A stretch of 63,745 nt of DNA, the filler included, from Phoronis australis (taxonomy: Eukaryota; Animalia; Phoronida): assembly GCA_002633005.1 (NCBI GenBank). It is 10 parts of 10 records of this genome, joined end to end, with 100 filler letters (N's around TTAATTAATTAA, not from the genome) between each part and the next. Parts side by side here need not be neighbours in the genome. Positions count along the whole stretch, not along the records: positions 1 to 23,078 come from NMRA01000463.1; 9 more parts are not named here. One strand, written 5' to 3'. The first letter of the stretch is position 1; the number at the start of each line of letters is the position of its first letter. Below the pieces are notes generated by a model. The model did no database searches and had not been told where the DNA came from. It worked only from the letters and a program-made list of their open reading frames with translations. Shown one piece after another: positions 10,848-23,178 of the stretch. The position numbers and the translations under genes were made by a program.

Positions 10848-13800
10848 GTGAGACATATTCAATAGTTTTGCTACACGCCTTAGCAGATAGAAAAGTAAAG
10901 AACTCATGTGTTACGTTCACATTCGATTTGACCAACTTGTTATGAGCTTTTGATAGTTTATAAAAGGAGCAAAAGATATGTATTCCACAAGTGACTATAA
11001 GTTTGCATACATGACCGGGTTATTATATTAACTCTAAAACCAAGAGTGTTACGAAATGCAAAATAATGACGGAAGGCTGCTATTAATAGTTGGGGCATGA
11101 GCAGTAGGTTGTGTTTCAGATTTGTGACGATTTACTTTGTTATTGGTAATACATGTATACGTAGACCTTATGTTTCACACCATTTCCAAAATGTCATGTG
11201 GGTGGTCTTGCAAGTCAATGATGCAAACGTAAAAGCATACTGCAAATCTAAATGAATCCGTAAGTTAAAACAGCAATGAAATACAAAACGCGTCTTTACA
11301 TGGACTCACCCCCGTGCTTGTATATGTATGTGCACTTCTAGCTTTTAACGGTCAACAATACAAACATTCTTAAGATCCTGAATACAAGATTTGGGGTAAT
11401 GCTGTCAATTGAACACCCTTTTGTGAATATGTAAGATTTTTATGTTGTGGAGGTTTATCTTTGAGAAACCGGTCTCGTCGCTGGCCGCTCTTGACTTTGC
11501 AAATTTGATTTAAGCTCATTTTACGTTGTGCATTAGAAATGTCTTCCCCAAAGTATAAGAGTGGCTGAGGTAATTTTAAATGTCAAGGACAGAAACATGC
11601 AATTAAATATGAATTCGCGAAAAGTTAGAAAAGAGGAATCCTTTTGTAAACTAAATGCTTTAAAATTACCCCCAAACGCTGCTGCGCGTTCTTATTGGTT
11701 GAGAGAAGTCCATGCGTGTTTACGTTAGAGCGTCCTTTAAGAGCCCTTGGTAATCGACCTTCGAGTCTTGACACGGCCAAATAGCCTGAGCCTGTCGATT
11801 AACAAAGCAAAGACTGATATCAGACTTCTGAATACTGTTAGCGACTGTAATACAGTCTGAACTACAGTTATTAGTAATGGATGAATGTTGATCAATTTAA
11901 TCGGCTTGGGCCTCCGTCAAACTTGGTTTCCTGTGTAAGGAAGATAGGAATTATTGAGGTTTGCCGGAGTAACAGTATTGAAACTGTTGGGGGTAGGTTC
12001 TGTAACGATCTATATGTTTTTGTTTAGAGCTAAAATAACCACAGAAATTTCCCTACCATGTATTTTAGCCCAAGGTTTCATCATCATCAAATAGCCCATG
12101 TGCGCTGCTCTGGGTTTTCAGTAAATGTCGATTCCAGGACGTATGGGGTGGTGTCTTAGGTGGGACTGCTTGTACGATCCTCACCATTGTCAGAAAAGAG
12201 GAAAAGGCAACCGTGAAAAAGAAGACGCTAAAAACGTATACTTTTAGCCCGCAACAGGGTCATAGTCCCATATTGCCAATGTTGATACCCTATAGACTGG
12301 ACAACAGACCATTGCTATTCGACGTAAAGCAATATTTTGTTCTCTATGGTTTCATTTGCTACTGCCACGAGTAACCGTTACAAGCAGGATCCACAGAGAG
12401 TGCCGTGGGAAGCATGGGACGGGGGAGGCACGGGCCCCCAAAATTTTCAGGCGTCAGGGTTAAACCGTGGAAACCGCGATAGGCATGGGGGAGGATTCAG
12501 TCGGGAAACGAGATGCCGTGAAATACGGACAAGAGAGAAAATTCAAGAGAACATTTAACAACTCTGCATCAGTGCATGGTTTACTTTTTGAGGACCTTGT
12601 CCAGGACATTGTCGTTATTGTCTCCCTTTTTGCTGCACAGGTCCTTTCAAACGCAATTGAAAACAGGCACGTTATCAATCATACAGCTCAGATCAACTGC
12701 TGTGCATTTCGTGATATAAGAAAATATAGTTATTTTCATACTTAGGGACCCTGCCCATTAGGGAGGACATGGATGATATACCACTGGCCAATTGCTTGTG
12801 TTTTTATTAGCAAATTATTAAGGTCCGCTAACGGAGAGAGGGCCCAATGTTGGAATCGATAAAGTCAAAGTTCCTGTTTTTTATGAAGTCGTGCAACCGG
12901 CTTTCATGTTCAAGACGTCATTCCTTGCATCTTTTTGGGACCACACGACGGTGGAGTGAACTGTCACTCTTTTTTCCAAGCTTAATAAAGTATAGCGTTT
13001 CATCTTAAGGTGTCAAATTTCAGACGGTACGCTCTATCGGAGGAACAGTTCGGGAGAAATATCCCTCTGTCTCTCTATACATGTAAACCCAAGACTGCCT
13101 TGTATTCACAAGGGACGTTGGGATTTCAAATTGATCAAAAAACACAAAACATTTGGGCACAATACAGTCATTCGACCCAAACAATCAAAACTGTGAAAAA
13201 TACAGTGGGATTGCCGCCATCGAAAGGGTGGAATTTTGAAGAAGGTCGAAGACCACTATTTGTGAATTGCACAAAAGAATTATTTCCGATCCTTTGTTAT
13301 AAAATAATGCCACTGTTTCTTTAGAATCTCACGAATAGTATCTTTTTTGACGATGATCACTATGAGTTGTTTGCAAGGAAATCTCTCGTGTGGAAAACAC
13401 TGGTGCCCAGGCTACTATTTGTGATGACCGTCTACATGTCGAGAAGCGTACTCAAAAAACTCTCGCAATCGTGATCAATAATTTCAGCATATTTTTGTCA
13501 GTGGAGTTCAAGTTTACCTCGTGAACTGTTATATGTACCTCTGAAATGAGCAAAAATACACCTTAATGAGAATGCTCCATCTCCCATATTCCCCGGTTAG
13601 CCGTGAATTGTCTTCGGCATGTATGCAGAAAATTCTTATAACATTCCGTTTTGATAACAACATCGTTGGCTTATGCTTTACTTGTTTATTTACATAGATT
13701 CATAGATGATTTTTGATAATTAGAAGCTAATCTTGTAAGAATTGATGATGTTTCGGTGAATTTAATAGCACCCTGAAGTTGGAAAAACTTTACAATCCGA

Positions 13801-15724
13801 TTCCGAAATACATGTACAAGCAGTAAAGTACACATAGACAATTTTGCATACCTAAAATAACTCTCAAAGACATTGACGAAATTCTGACTCACATTCCGCA
13901 GATGGCAAACAAAACGTTTTAAAATTCCTTAAATGAATAAAATTAAACTCATTGCTTTGAAAGGTTGTCTTTGCACCTCCTTGGTGTTTTTAGTTTCCAG
14001 TATTTTTGAGTAACAAACTTATGTCCTTCAAAACTGAAGTGATTGCTTGCCCTGACTTGCATGCAAATCATTACTGACTTACCCGCGTTAAAAAATAAGA
14101 TGTAACCTGCAGTAGGCCCGCGCAGAATGTCTGTGATCCACGGGAACTGTATTTGAACTCCGGCGTTCAGGAACCGCGTACAATTTGGGGACACACTATT
14201 CTTTTCCCAAGGCATCAGAGACTCGATTACAGGTCGTGTTTCATCGAGAGATTTTGAAACAGCCCAAAGGCGATATACAAGTGACTTGCGTTCTTGACCT
14301 CTCCATTTCAAAAAAGTCCTTCAAAGAACGACCACATGACTGGATCACTATAAAGCGAATCTTGACCTTAGAGCGACCCGGGCGGCACGAGCTGCCTGTC
14401 TCAAATCACTCAAAGCGTAGCTGACCAGCAACTAGCTTTCGTTCATTGGGAATTTTGTATTTTCACACTGTTAGATTCTAGCTATAGCTACTTGCGGTAG
14501 CTTCTCGCTACCGGTCAGTGAACTGTTCCTAGGCCCATTATTACTCTACTACATGTAATTGATTCAAGGTTACTGGGCAGGGCAGAGTATTAGCCAGGGT
14601 TTTGGCCGTCAGAAGTTCGAACCCCCGATAGGCCACATGGAATCTGGGAAAATATTAGGGGCACCATTCAGCCATTTGCCACCCTAAGTCCGCCACTGTG
14701 TCCCCCACATAGGACAGTCGTTGTAAATTCGGTACAGATATGGTGGTATCGAGAGCACGGTTGCGAGAGGGGGTGGCGGAGGTGGTGGCAACGCGGGGGT
14801 TGTGTGGCGAAGTCGCAATGGTTTGTGTCCCCGAACAATGTTGGTCTTTTTGCGGGTCTGATAAATTAATTATATCGAAAGAGTTAATTGATCTCGGTGT
14901 TTACATATATAGTGGCTGTTTATTTGGGGGTTATTGTTTACCTGAAGTGGCCCTGACTTGCTGTGGAACAACATATCAGGCAAAATTAGCAATAGGCACC
15001 TTTCAAATTGCTTATTACGTGTAAGATGCAAGTGTTCATTTAACAGTGACACACTTCATGTTGGTCTTAACACATGAATCGACGCTTTTGAAACAATTAT
15101 ATGCAAATTATCCGGTCGAAGAAATTACCTGTATACTATCAAGTGTGTTTTTTGATTATCTTGCACGAGAAATTATGCAAAATATTGTTTACCTGCCACT
15201 ATTTGAATGTCCTGTTACGGACATCTTTCTCTGTGACGTTGGTAAATGAAATGGCAAGTTCTCCTCACAAGAAACATCTTAGTTTGCCACTCAGCCTTCG
15301 TTGTCACTCCTTCCTAGAACTCGCCTGTTTACGAGAGCTTGTAAAGAAAGTCATTATAAACTGCGACAGCTCCCCGTTTCCTTATGTGTAGTTTAAAAAT
15401 GAGGGTAGTAAGATCTAATTAGACAATGTCAAAAGCTGTTAGTTGTATGACACAGTATTGGTAAATCAACAGGTTTAGCCTGCCTTCAAGCATTGACGAA
15501 ACCGAAAACAAGAACGCATCATAGTACGTGTAGGTCAAATTACCCATAGCGGCATTACGAGTGACGGGGATCAAATGAAAAACGAATTAATAATGCATGC
15601 AATTTATAAAATACACCAAAATATCTTCTGCACTCCTGCCCATCTACGAAAATATGGAAGCTAGCTTTTCACTGTGATTGTATTTTTAAACGTTTTAGCC
15701 TAAGAGGAAGATTGTAAGTATGCT

Positions 15725-17235
15725 GTTTCAGCCTCCTGAAAATACTCACACGGCTCATCAGCCTAGGCAAATAACACACCCTTATAAAATGACGTCCATT
15801 TTAACATTTATTTAAACCTGGTCAATCGCTTTCTGTTATGCACGTGCATTGTTTTATTACAGGTTGCGTTTAAAGCCGAACTATATTGGTTCTGTTCTTT
15901 GTGTGGCATTGCTCTCGACGATATTCAAATCCACACGGGGCCATGCCATTGAAAAACCTCACCACTCAACAGTAGATCGGATGACACTGAGAAGAAAATA
16001 GTCATATTAGTTCTCTTTGGGTCAATGATGTTCTTTCGAATAATCCAATGTCATGGATCACATGTGTCCCAATTGTAACTCACTTCACGCTATTAGGCGG
16101 ATCCTTAAATAATAAATTCATTACACATGTATATGCTACTTGTCCTCAGCCCGTTTATCCAGATGACAGAACAGGTTCGAGTTCAGTACCTCTGGAACCT
16201 CTCTAGGACATCGCTAGAGATGCAACATCTCGCGAAATTAAGAGAGATATTTCCGGTTAGTACACTCAGCTCTCGTGGTTTTAATTGGATTTTTACCATC
16301 CGGGAGACAGTCATTGAAGTCTACCGAATTTGGAACCTTCCGAGAACGAGACTCCAATTGAAATGTCGAACATTCTGGTGGAGCAACCGTCCCAAAATAT
16401 CTGTAACGAGGCTTTAAAAGGAACATTGGGTTAAGAAGAAACTAAACAATCGATTCCTGATAAATTTGCACCTTTGTCGATTAATTTAAATTTGTTTCTT
16501 GAGCATGGTGTCATCTGTGCCAATACAGTCTTATTTGATGAGTGTTTGGGATGCTTCCGAAAGGGTAGATCGGATTGAGTACCCTTAACTTTGTAATATA
16601 GAAAGACCCGTCCCAGTGGGTACACTTAAAATCACCGGTATTAAAGCACGATTTCTGACAATCGCACACACTGTGTCAATTAAAGCTTGTCCCAAGGAAG
16701 GAAGTACATTTGGACCTAATTGTACAAGTACGATATGTTAAGTTTTCGGATCGGTCGCCTCCGTGTTACTTGAAATGTGGATAGTAGATTCGCCTTAGTG
16801 GACAGTCCTACTTTAATGAAGGTCCTTATAGAACCAATTGCTATTGAAAAAAAGGGATTCTACCAATCATATCTTCCTCCCGGGATTCCCTTTGTTCAAT
16901 AAAGTAAGCCTCCCTGGTTTCATTGTGATAAAGCTCAATGGAAGTGCAACAATAACCGCTCCGAAAGTCATACTTGTATATGCTCCACCTCAGGATAAAG
17001 GTGTCTGGTGCCTTTTGAGGTTTTTCCATATCAAATAGAGGAGTACGTCGTTGATCACCTGTTAAGATCAAACCAAATTCACTGGTTTTTGCTGCTGTTG
17101 CAGTTCTGTAACAACTCGCTCTACTTAATCAGGCATCTGGATAGAAATTCTCTCAGTACATGAATATTGCAAAACAATGTAATCCGTTCCAAGTCGTGTT
17201 GGACATACGGAATTGTAATCGTAATAGATAGGGAC
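15725..17235 (+). repeat. Old local duplication, copy A
   Basis: Collinear similar blocks: 15725-15973/20400-20573, 16153-16250/21728-21815, 16375-16600/22030-22270 and 16735-17235/22373-22838. Confidence 0.8.
15863..15952 (+). CDS. MAM-domain protein, terminal coding exon
   Basis: ttattacag| phase 0. VAFKAELYWFCSLCGIALDDIQIHTGPCH* contains the MAM C-terminal IALDDI....G.C motif. Confidence 0.88.
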   Translation, partial: VAFKAELYWFCSLCGIALDDIQIHTGPCH

Positions 17236-17593
17236 TGTTTACTTTGCTGGCTCTGATGTATGACTGTCTGGTTTTGACTCGGGAAATTCCCGCCATGCCA
17301 ATACCACACATTCAAGCCAAGAGCCCGCGAAACTTTCTTCCAGAGCTTAATTGAAAACATATTTACTCACACCATTCACGCCTTCTCCTCAGCCACAAAA
17401 CTGCATCTGTTACAATACTATTCAGAATAATGCTCGATATCAAACTGCAAAAACTGTGTATCTCAGCATCGCTAAAATTTTAAAATTTTAAACGTGTTAG
17501 AGACATGTGTCTTACCTATCACCCTGCTTTTTATTTCCCTGTGCTGTGTAAGAAACTTCAGTCATACAGTGCATATAGATTACTACATGGGGA

Positions 17594-17693
17594 AGTCGTT
17601 ACCCCCCGTTATCTAGAACCCGAGTGGATTTCGGAGTACTTTCTACAAATTCTACAAAATCCATGAGGGCTCTAGATAATGGGGGTAACGACT
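17594..17693. repeat. ~100-bp near-perfect palindrome (hairpin MITE)
   Basis: AGTCGTTACCCCCCGTTATCTAGAACCC..TGGATTT / AAATCCA..GGGCTCTAGATAATGGGGGTAACGACT. Confidence 0.85.
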
Positions 17694-18260
17694 AAGAACA
17701 TTTAATAATCTATTTATACCACATACTGAACGAGAAACGCTCATTCAATCCATTTACCTTTCTCGACTAACCTCGACTTTGTTACTACTTCCTATGTCAG
17801 AGACTCGCGGTCAGTAGTCGTGACCTTTTAAGAAAAGCCGAGCTATTTTTGTCAAATAATGCTTTTACGAAAAACCAATTGAAAATTTAAACAGGATAGA
17901 ACAAAATTGAATCTATAAATTAAAGTTTATCAACAATAATAGCTTACTACACATTTTATCACGCTACATGTAAGCTTCGACCGGATATTATCGTCTGCTA
18001 AAGTAGGTTACCACTAATAACTAAGTGTAATGCTCAAGTCAAAAAATCCCGACGACTCGATACCCCCATTCAAATTGGTGATCGGTGATTTACAATTGAG
18101 AGAGCGCGAGAGAAAAAAATCACTGAATTAAAATATCGTTTTTATGTAAATTATGCGTCTTATTTTTAATAGCGTATCAATGTCGGTACAATGCTTATTG
18201 AACATGCAATTGTTTTCGCGTTCTCATTTGAGTATTCGATTTTCTCGTTCGTTTACTTCA

Positions 18261-18340
18261 GCCGCTGAGTGGTGTAGTGGTAAAGTTTGCGACTCGAAAC
18301 TCTTGAGGTCCGGGTTCGAAACCGTCCTGGGGTTTCCCGC
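18261..18340 (+). mobile_element. tRNA-derived SINE head or tRNA pseudogene
   Basis: Pol III A box TGGTGTAGTGG and B box GGTTCGAAACC at tRNA-like spacing. No pairing acceptor stem. Confidence 0.6.
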
Positions 18341-18935
18341 CAAAATGTTTTCTCTTTTGTGAGATAACTAAATGGGTTATTACACGGTTGTATTTGCCAT
18401 CTGACGCTAATATTGTGGTATACCTGTAAAATCATATATTTTTGCCTGCCCAGCCATTTTTATTCTTTATTTTTAGTTCTTTTTTACTTGGCAAATGTGT
18501 TTTTTTCTCTTAGTATAATGTAATGCATAACGTTTTTATTCGTTTTTTTTCCTTTGTTGAGCCAACCTCCCTGGATCCTCCATACTTTGTACTGTATTCC
18601 CTAGGTATATATCCATGTACATGTACAGATTTTGCACGGATATATAATCCTTTTTTTGACAGGTTATTTTATCGCTCATGTAGTGAGATAAATTGTTGAC
18701 ACCAATGCTTAGTTTATATTTCAGTAACTACAAGTGTAGGTATAGGTAGCGTTCATCCGAGCGCCCCCACCCACTTCGCCTTGTTTTGACATTGCTAAAG
18801 TAATCAATGACTATATGCCGTCTTATTGAACCTTTAGTTTAGTTGTTTATTTTCGTATAATTCAAGTCCCACTCTTGTCACTTTAAGTTGCACTTGGACA
18901 GTAGGAACAACTTGTGTAGATGCATGATCATTTGC

Positions 18936-18982
18936 ATCTATCTATCTATATATATATCTATCGATCTATCTATCTATCTATA

Positions 18983-19024
<42 letters not shown>
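18936..19024. repeat. (TCTA)n/(TA)n microsatellite
   Basis: Direct inspection. Confidence 0.95.
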
Positions 19025-20462
19025 ACTGTCTTTATAAGTATATAGCTGCCTGTACTTTGGGAGCATGTTTTCGGTTATACAGAATTTGTTAAATGCACGA
19101 CACTTTTCATTGTTCACAGTCTTTATTCCTTTGCGTTCATACTTTCGGAACAAACTCTTCTCTCAACTGAACATAGATACAGTAACTGACCTAGCGACAT
19201 AATTAAAAGACGTACATGTACCATACTTCGAAACATACTTGTTTCATTCTCAAGTGAATATAAAATGACGCCGTAATGCCACGACAGAGTATAAGCTGAC
19301 GACACACACAGTGAGACACGGCGGGTGTTATTACTGCGTTAAGATTATTGCCAAATTAAAGTGATTTGGTTTTGAAATAAACATATAGAAAGTTGACACA
19401 CGTGTGTTCAAGGGAAGAATTCAATTGCCTTCACGATAAGCCACAACATAGCACGTGAATTCTGCGCGCAATTATACCGAATTCCGGCATCAGGCGGAGA
19501 AAGTGAACACCACCATTTGACAAGTCAGATAGGTGGATTATATGGGCCCGAAATACTAAAGGGATCAGGCTACAATTGAATCCGCAATGGAGGTCGGGGA
19601 CTTATTGTGCGTTCGCAGTAGGGGAGGGGATGCTACATGTCGTCACTCAAGGTTATTGAAATTATCTGTTCCACAAGTGGTGTGCGAGAATCCACGGGGA
19701 GACATTACATGAGTGCGCGAGTCGAGATGGGTGGTCTATTTTTAGGACGAAATAAATATGTCCAGCTGTATTGAGTTTCGTGAAGACTGCTGTCTTGTAA
19801 GCTGTGAACGAGTGCAGAGGTTCGCGTTTGTTCGTACATGTACATGTATTTACCTTAGGCCACTAAAATGGTCTAAATCTTTACTAACCAATGTTAAGTC
19901 GTTGAACGGACGTGATTTGTCGTAATAAATTGGAGTTTGGACAACACAAATGTAACGCCAGACGAGTTAAAGAAGTTCGTGTGTATGACGAATACTAGCA
20001 AATACAGAGTTTGTTGTAACTGAGTGGAAGAACATGACAAAACAACAGCATACTCGAGAGCTACACAAGCAACATCACCTCTACATGAACAGATATAGAT
20101 GATATTTTTATTAACCCGGCGCCCCATCACGGTACTGTATGTTACCACAGCCACTGAAGGTGTGAGGAAAGCGTGAGGTGAGAGTGAGGTCAGCGTGAGG
20201 GAAGCGTGAGGAAGGCTTTAATCAAACCGGAGGTAAGCGTGAGACCTACCCGGAGAGTAGCCATGAGGAGGCCGTGACTGATTTCCCTGACGCCTGCGTT
20301 CCGGTTACGCTTCAGTCTGGCCAGGCGAGAGACACACCGGACTGAGTAGCTGTACTGTACACGTTTTGGCCAATATAAGAGGAATATCGTAAGTTTGCGT
20401 TTTCAGCCTCCTGATAGAACTCACTCTGCTCATCAAAACACGTGCATTTTAACATTAAATCT

Positions 20463-20552
20463 GCTGCATTTCTAGACGAAAGATTCTGGTGGGTGTGTTT
20501 ATGTGGCATTGCTTTCGACGATATCCAAATCCAAACGGGGTTATGCCAGTGA
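20463..20552 (+). pseudogene. Degenerate duplicate of the MAM terminal exon
   Basis: AAFLDERFWWVCLCGIAFDDIQIQTGLCQ*. Same 90-nt length and stop position as 15863-15952, but the acceptor AG is replaced (aaatct|GCT). Confidence 0.75.
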
Positions 20553-21152
20553 GAAACCTAACCACTCAACAGGAGAATGTTTTCGCAATAATTTCGTTTA
20601 GGTTAATGTATTTCTTTCAAAATTCCCCAGTGTGTTGGATATTTTGTTTCTCAATTGTTTGTCTAATTTTAGACCTGACTTGCATTTCACCAACATGGTT
20701 TAAGAGTTTGAAAGTACATGTATGTTTTGCTAGATCAGGGAGCTGGTTCAGTAAAACCGAGCTTAAAGTATCAAAGCCACCCCACTGTGTCGAGCTCGGT
20801 AAACCAACAAAGAAACTATTGAAGTGCTTTAATGAAACCTTGATCACGTGAGTATACGATGGCATACACTAGTAGAATCAGTGCAGACATTTACGAAAAA
20901 CATCTAAAAGCTTTTCTCATGAGGAAAACTGTAATTTCTGTGCCCAACACACACATTAAAGAACATGCTCCCGATTAGACGTAACATGATCAATGCCCAA
21001 ATATATTTCCTTGTCATTTTTGTGTTTATTTTCCACTGCCAATGTGGGGGCAAGAACCCTTCCTGGCAACATTATATCGGAGAACAGTGGAGGTGGAATT
21101 CAGTTGTATTCTGAGAATTCCGAGGACACACTCCAGAAAGTAGTGGTCTACG

Positions 21153-21304
21153 CATAAGCGGATCCACGGGGGTCATGGGGTCCGGAATCCCCTTCTTTCC
21201 CTTGATTTTAGTGATATCAAATCTATAATTTTCAAATTGTTGACTTGGTCCCCCTTTCAAAAAGTTCTTGACCGCCACCCTTAAAAATCCTGGATCCGCC
21301 CCTG
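21153..21304. mobile_element. Short hAT-like MITE with a 5-bp flanking duplication
   Basis: CATAAGCGGATCCA...TGGATCCGCCCCTG flanked by CTACG on both sides (21148-21152, 21305-21309). Confidence 0.7.
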
Positions 21305-23078
21305 CTACGTTTCATCTTGTGTCATAGTAAAACGGAATATTGAAAATAGCCCATTTTCGCTCTAAATATAAGTCGCAAATACACTCCGCGGCATCATTCC
21401 CTTGTACCTATACCATGCAAGTTTGACATATTTAACAGTTAAACCTGGGTGTGACCCATTCTAAAGTTAAACATGACTTAATATCTTAATACAGGTCTGA
21501 AGAATATAGACCTCGCTGGTGAAATGAAAACTGACTTAGACCAGGTCTAAACTGGAGTTGAACCAGGTTTTTCTAGACCACTGGTCTAAAAGTTAAACTA
21601 CCTTTATGAAATGCAGATTATCTTTAAACGTGGTCTAAGTCCGGTTTAAACAAGTTTTACCTTTAAACCACCTTTATGTAATCGGCTGTGAAAGAATTGC
21701 ATGTATATGCCAACTGTTTTCAATCCTTTTATCCAGATGGCAGCACAGGGTAGAGTTTTGTAACTCTGGGACCTCGCTAGAGAAGCAACACTTCGCGAGA
21801 GGAAGAGAGACATATTATCTTATTTAAATATGAACACCAGCCTTTATCTAGATTTTTCTTACCAGGAGATATATTGAAGACTCTCCACTGTAGAATCTCT
21901 GAGAACGAGTTTATTTACGTAGGAAACGACGAACATTTGCGTCACTGTTACTTTATATTTAGTTACCCAAAGCTTCCAGAAATGTACGAACGACAAAGAC
22001 CGAATTTGAAGCGTGGACTACCCATCAGAATGTTGGTGGTAACAACGCTCCCAAAGTTGGGGAGGTTTTAAAAGAATCATTGGGTTAATAAGAGCCTAAG
22101 AAAAGACTCTTATTAAATTAGCACTTTTGTCGAACATATTGATTTTGTTGCTTGTGCAGGAGATCATCTACAATGTACGTTCTTGTAAATATAGTCTTAT
22201 TTTATGAGTGTGGAGGTTGGTGCAGAAAAGGTAGAGAGTGATTGAGCACCCCAAACCAAATGTAGAAGAACCTGCAGCATTGGGTACAACTGAAAGTACC
22301 AGTACTTCAGCACAAATTTTGACGAGCTCACAAACTCAGTCAGGTAAAAGTTTATCTATCAAAGGGTGTACACTTAAGTTTTCGGAGTGGACGCTCCCGG
22401 GTTACATGGAATGTGGATAGTGGATTATCCATAGTGGACAGCCGTAACTTGATGGAGATCCTCATTATAGCTATTGCTATTGGAAAGAAGGGTCTCTAAT
22501 AACGATAGCTTCCTCCTGAAACAAGCTTTGTTCAATGAAGCAAGACTAACTGGAATTATTGTGAATGAAACTCAATTGAAGTACAACATTAACAGATCCA
22601 AAGGTCAATTGTTGCACCAAGGAAACATGTGTCTGGTACCTTTGGCTGTGTCTTCATATCAAATAGTGAAGTCCGTCGATGATTACGTGTTAAGATCAAA
22701 CCAAATTCATCGGCTTTGCTGTTATTGTATTTCTGTAAAAACTCCATCAACTCTGGATAGAATTTATCTGAGTACATGAATAATGCAAAGCTTTGTAATC
22801 CGGTCCTAGTTGTGAAGGGCATACGTAATGGGAACTGCTTTTTTGAAATGTTCTTATTCAAAAACGTAAATTAACAAGGCAGTTAAGTCGTTGGAATTTT
22901 TTTTGTTATCTCAGTAACAGGGATTTGATTATGGCAAGTCTCAGCAGGCTTTATTGGATGTTTATAGTGCATCTACGCTGGCATGGCTCGGACTTACCCT
23001 CGGTACTTATCTTTTCTGTATTAAACTAGAAGCTGAGACCAAACTATGCTTTGTTAGTGCTACTTGTCTATTTTTGTC

Positions 23079-23178
23079 NNNNNNNNNNNNNNNNNNNNNN
23101 NNNNNNNNNNNNNNNNNNNNNNTTAATTAATTAANNNNNNNNNNNNNNNNNNNNNNNNNNNNNNNNNNNNNNNNNNNN
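23079..23178. other. Artificial scaffold-joining spacer
   Basis: 44N-TTAATTAATTAA-44N, which places stops in all six frames. Confidence 0.95.

Larger units (their letters stand above)
20400..22838 (+). repeat. Old local duplication, copy B (interrupted by insertions ~20575-21725)
   Basis: Similar in order and sequence to 15725-17235. Confidence 0.8.

Noticed and set aside
13010-13324. Possible integrase zinc-binding remnant (ISDGTLYRR...KKVEDHYL*...FVIK*CHC)
   Set aside because: Resemblance is weak, there are several stops, and no catalytic core or termini were found.
18261-18340. Functional tRNA gene
   Set aside because: A and B boxes are present but there is no acceptor stem or clean anticodon arm.
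22370-22430. HSE (deaminase HxE-like) motif in the minus-strand reading GSVHSENL
   Set aside because: The other copy reads DRSE, both share a stop just upstream in that frame, and no PCxxC motif follows.
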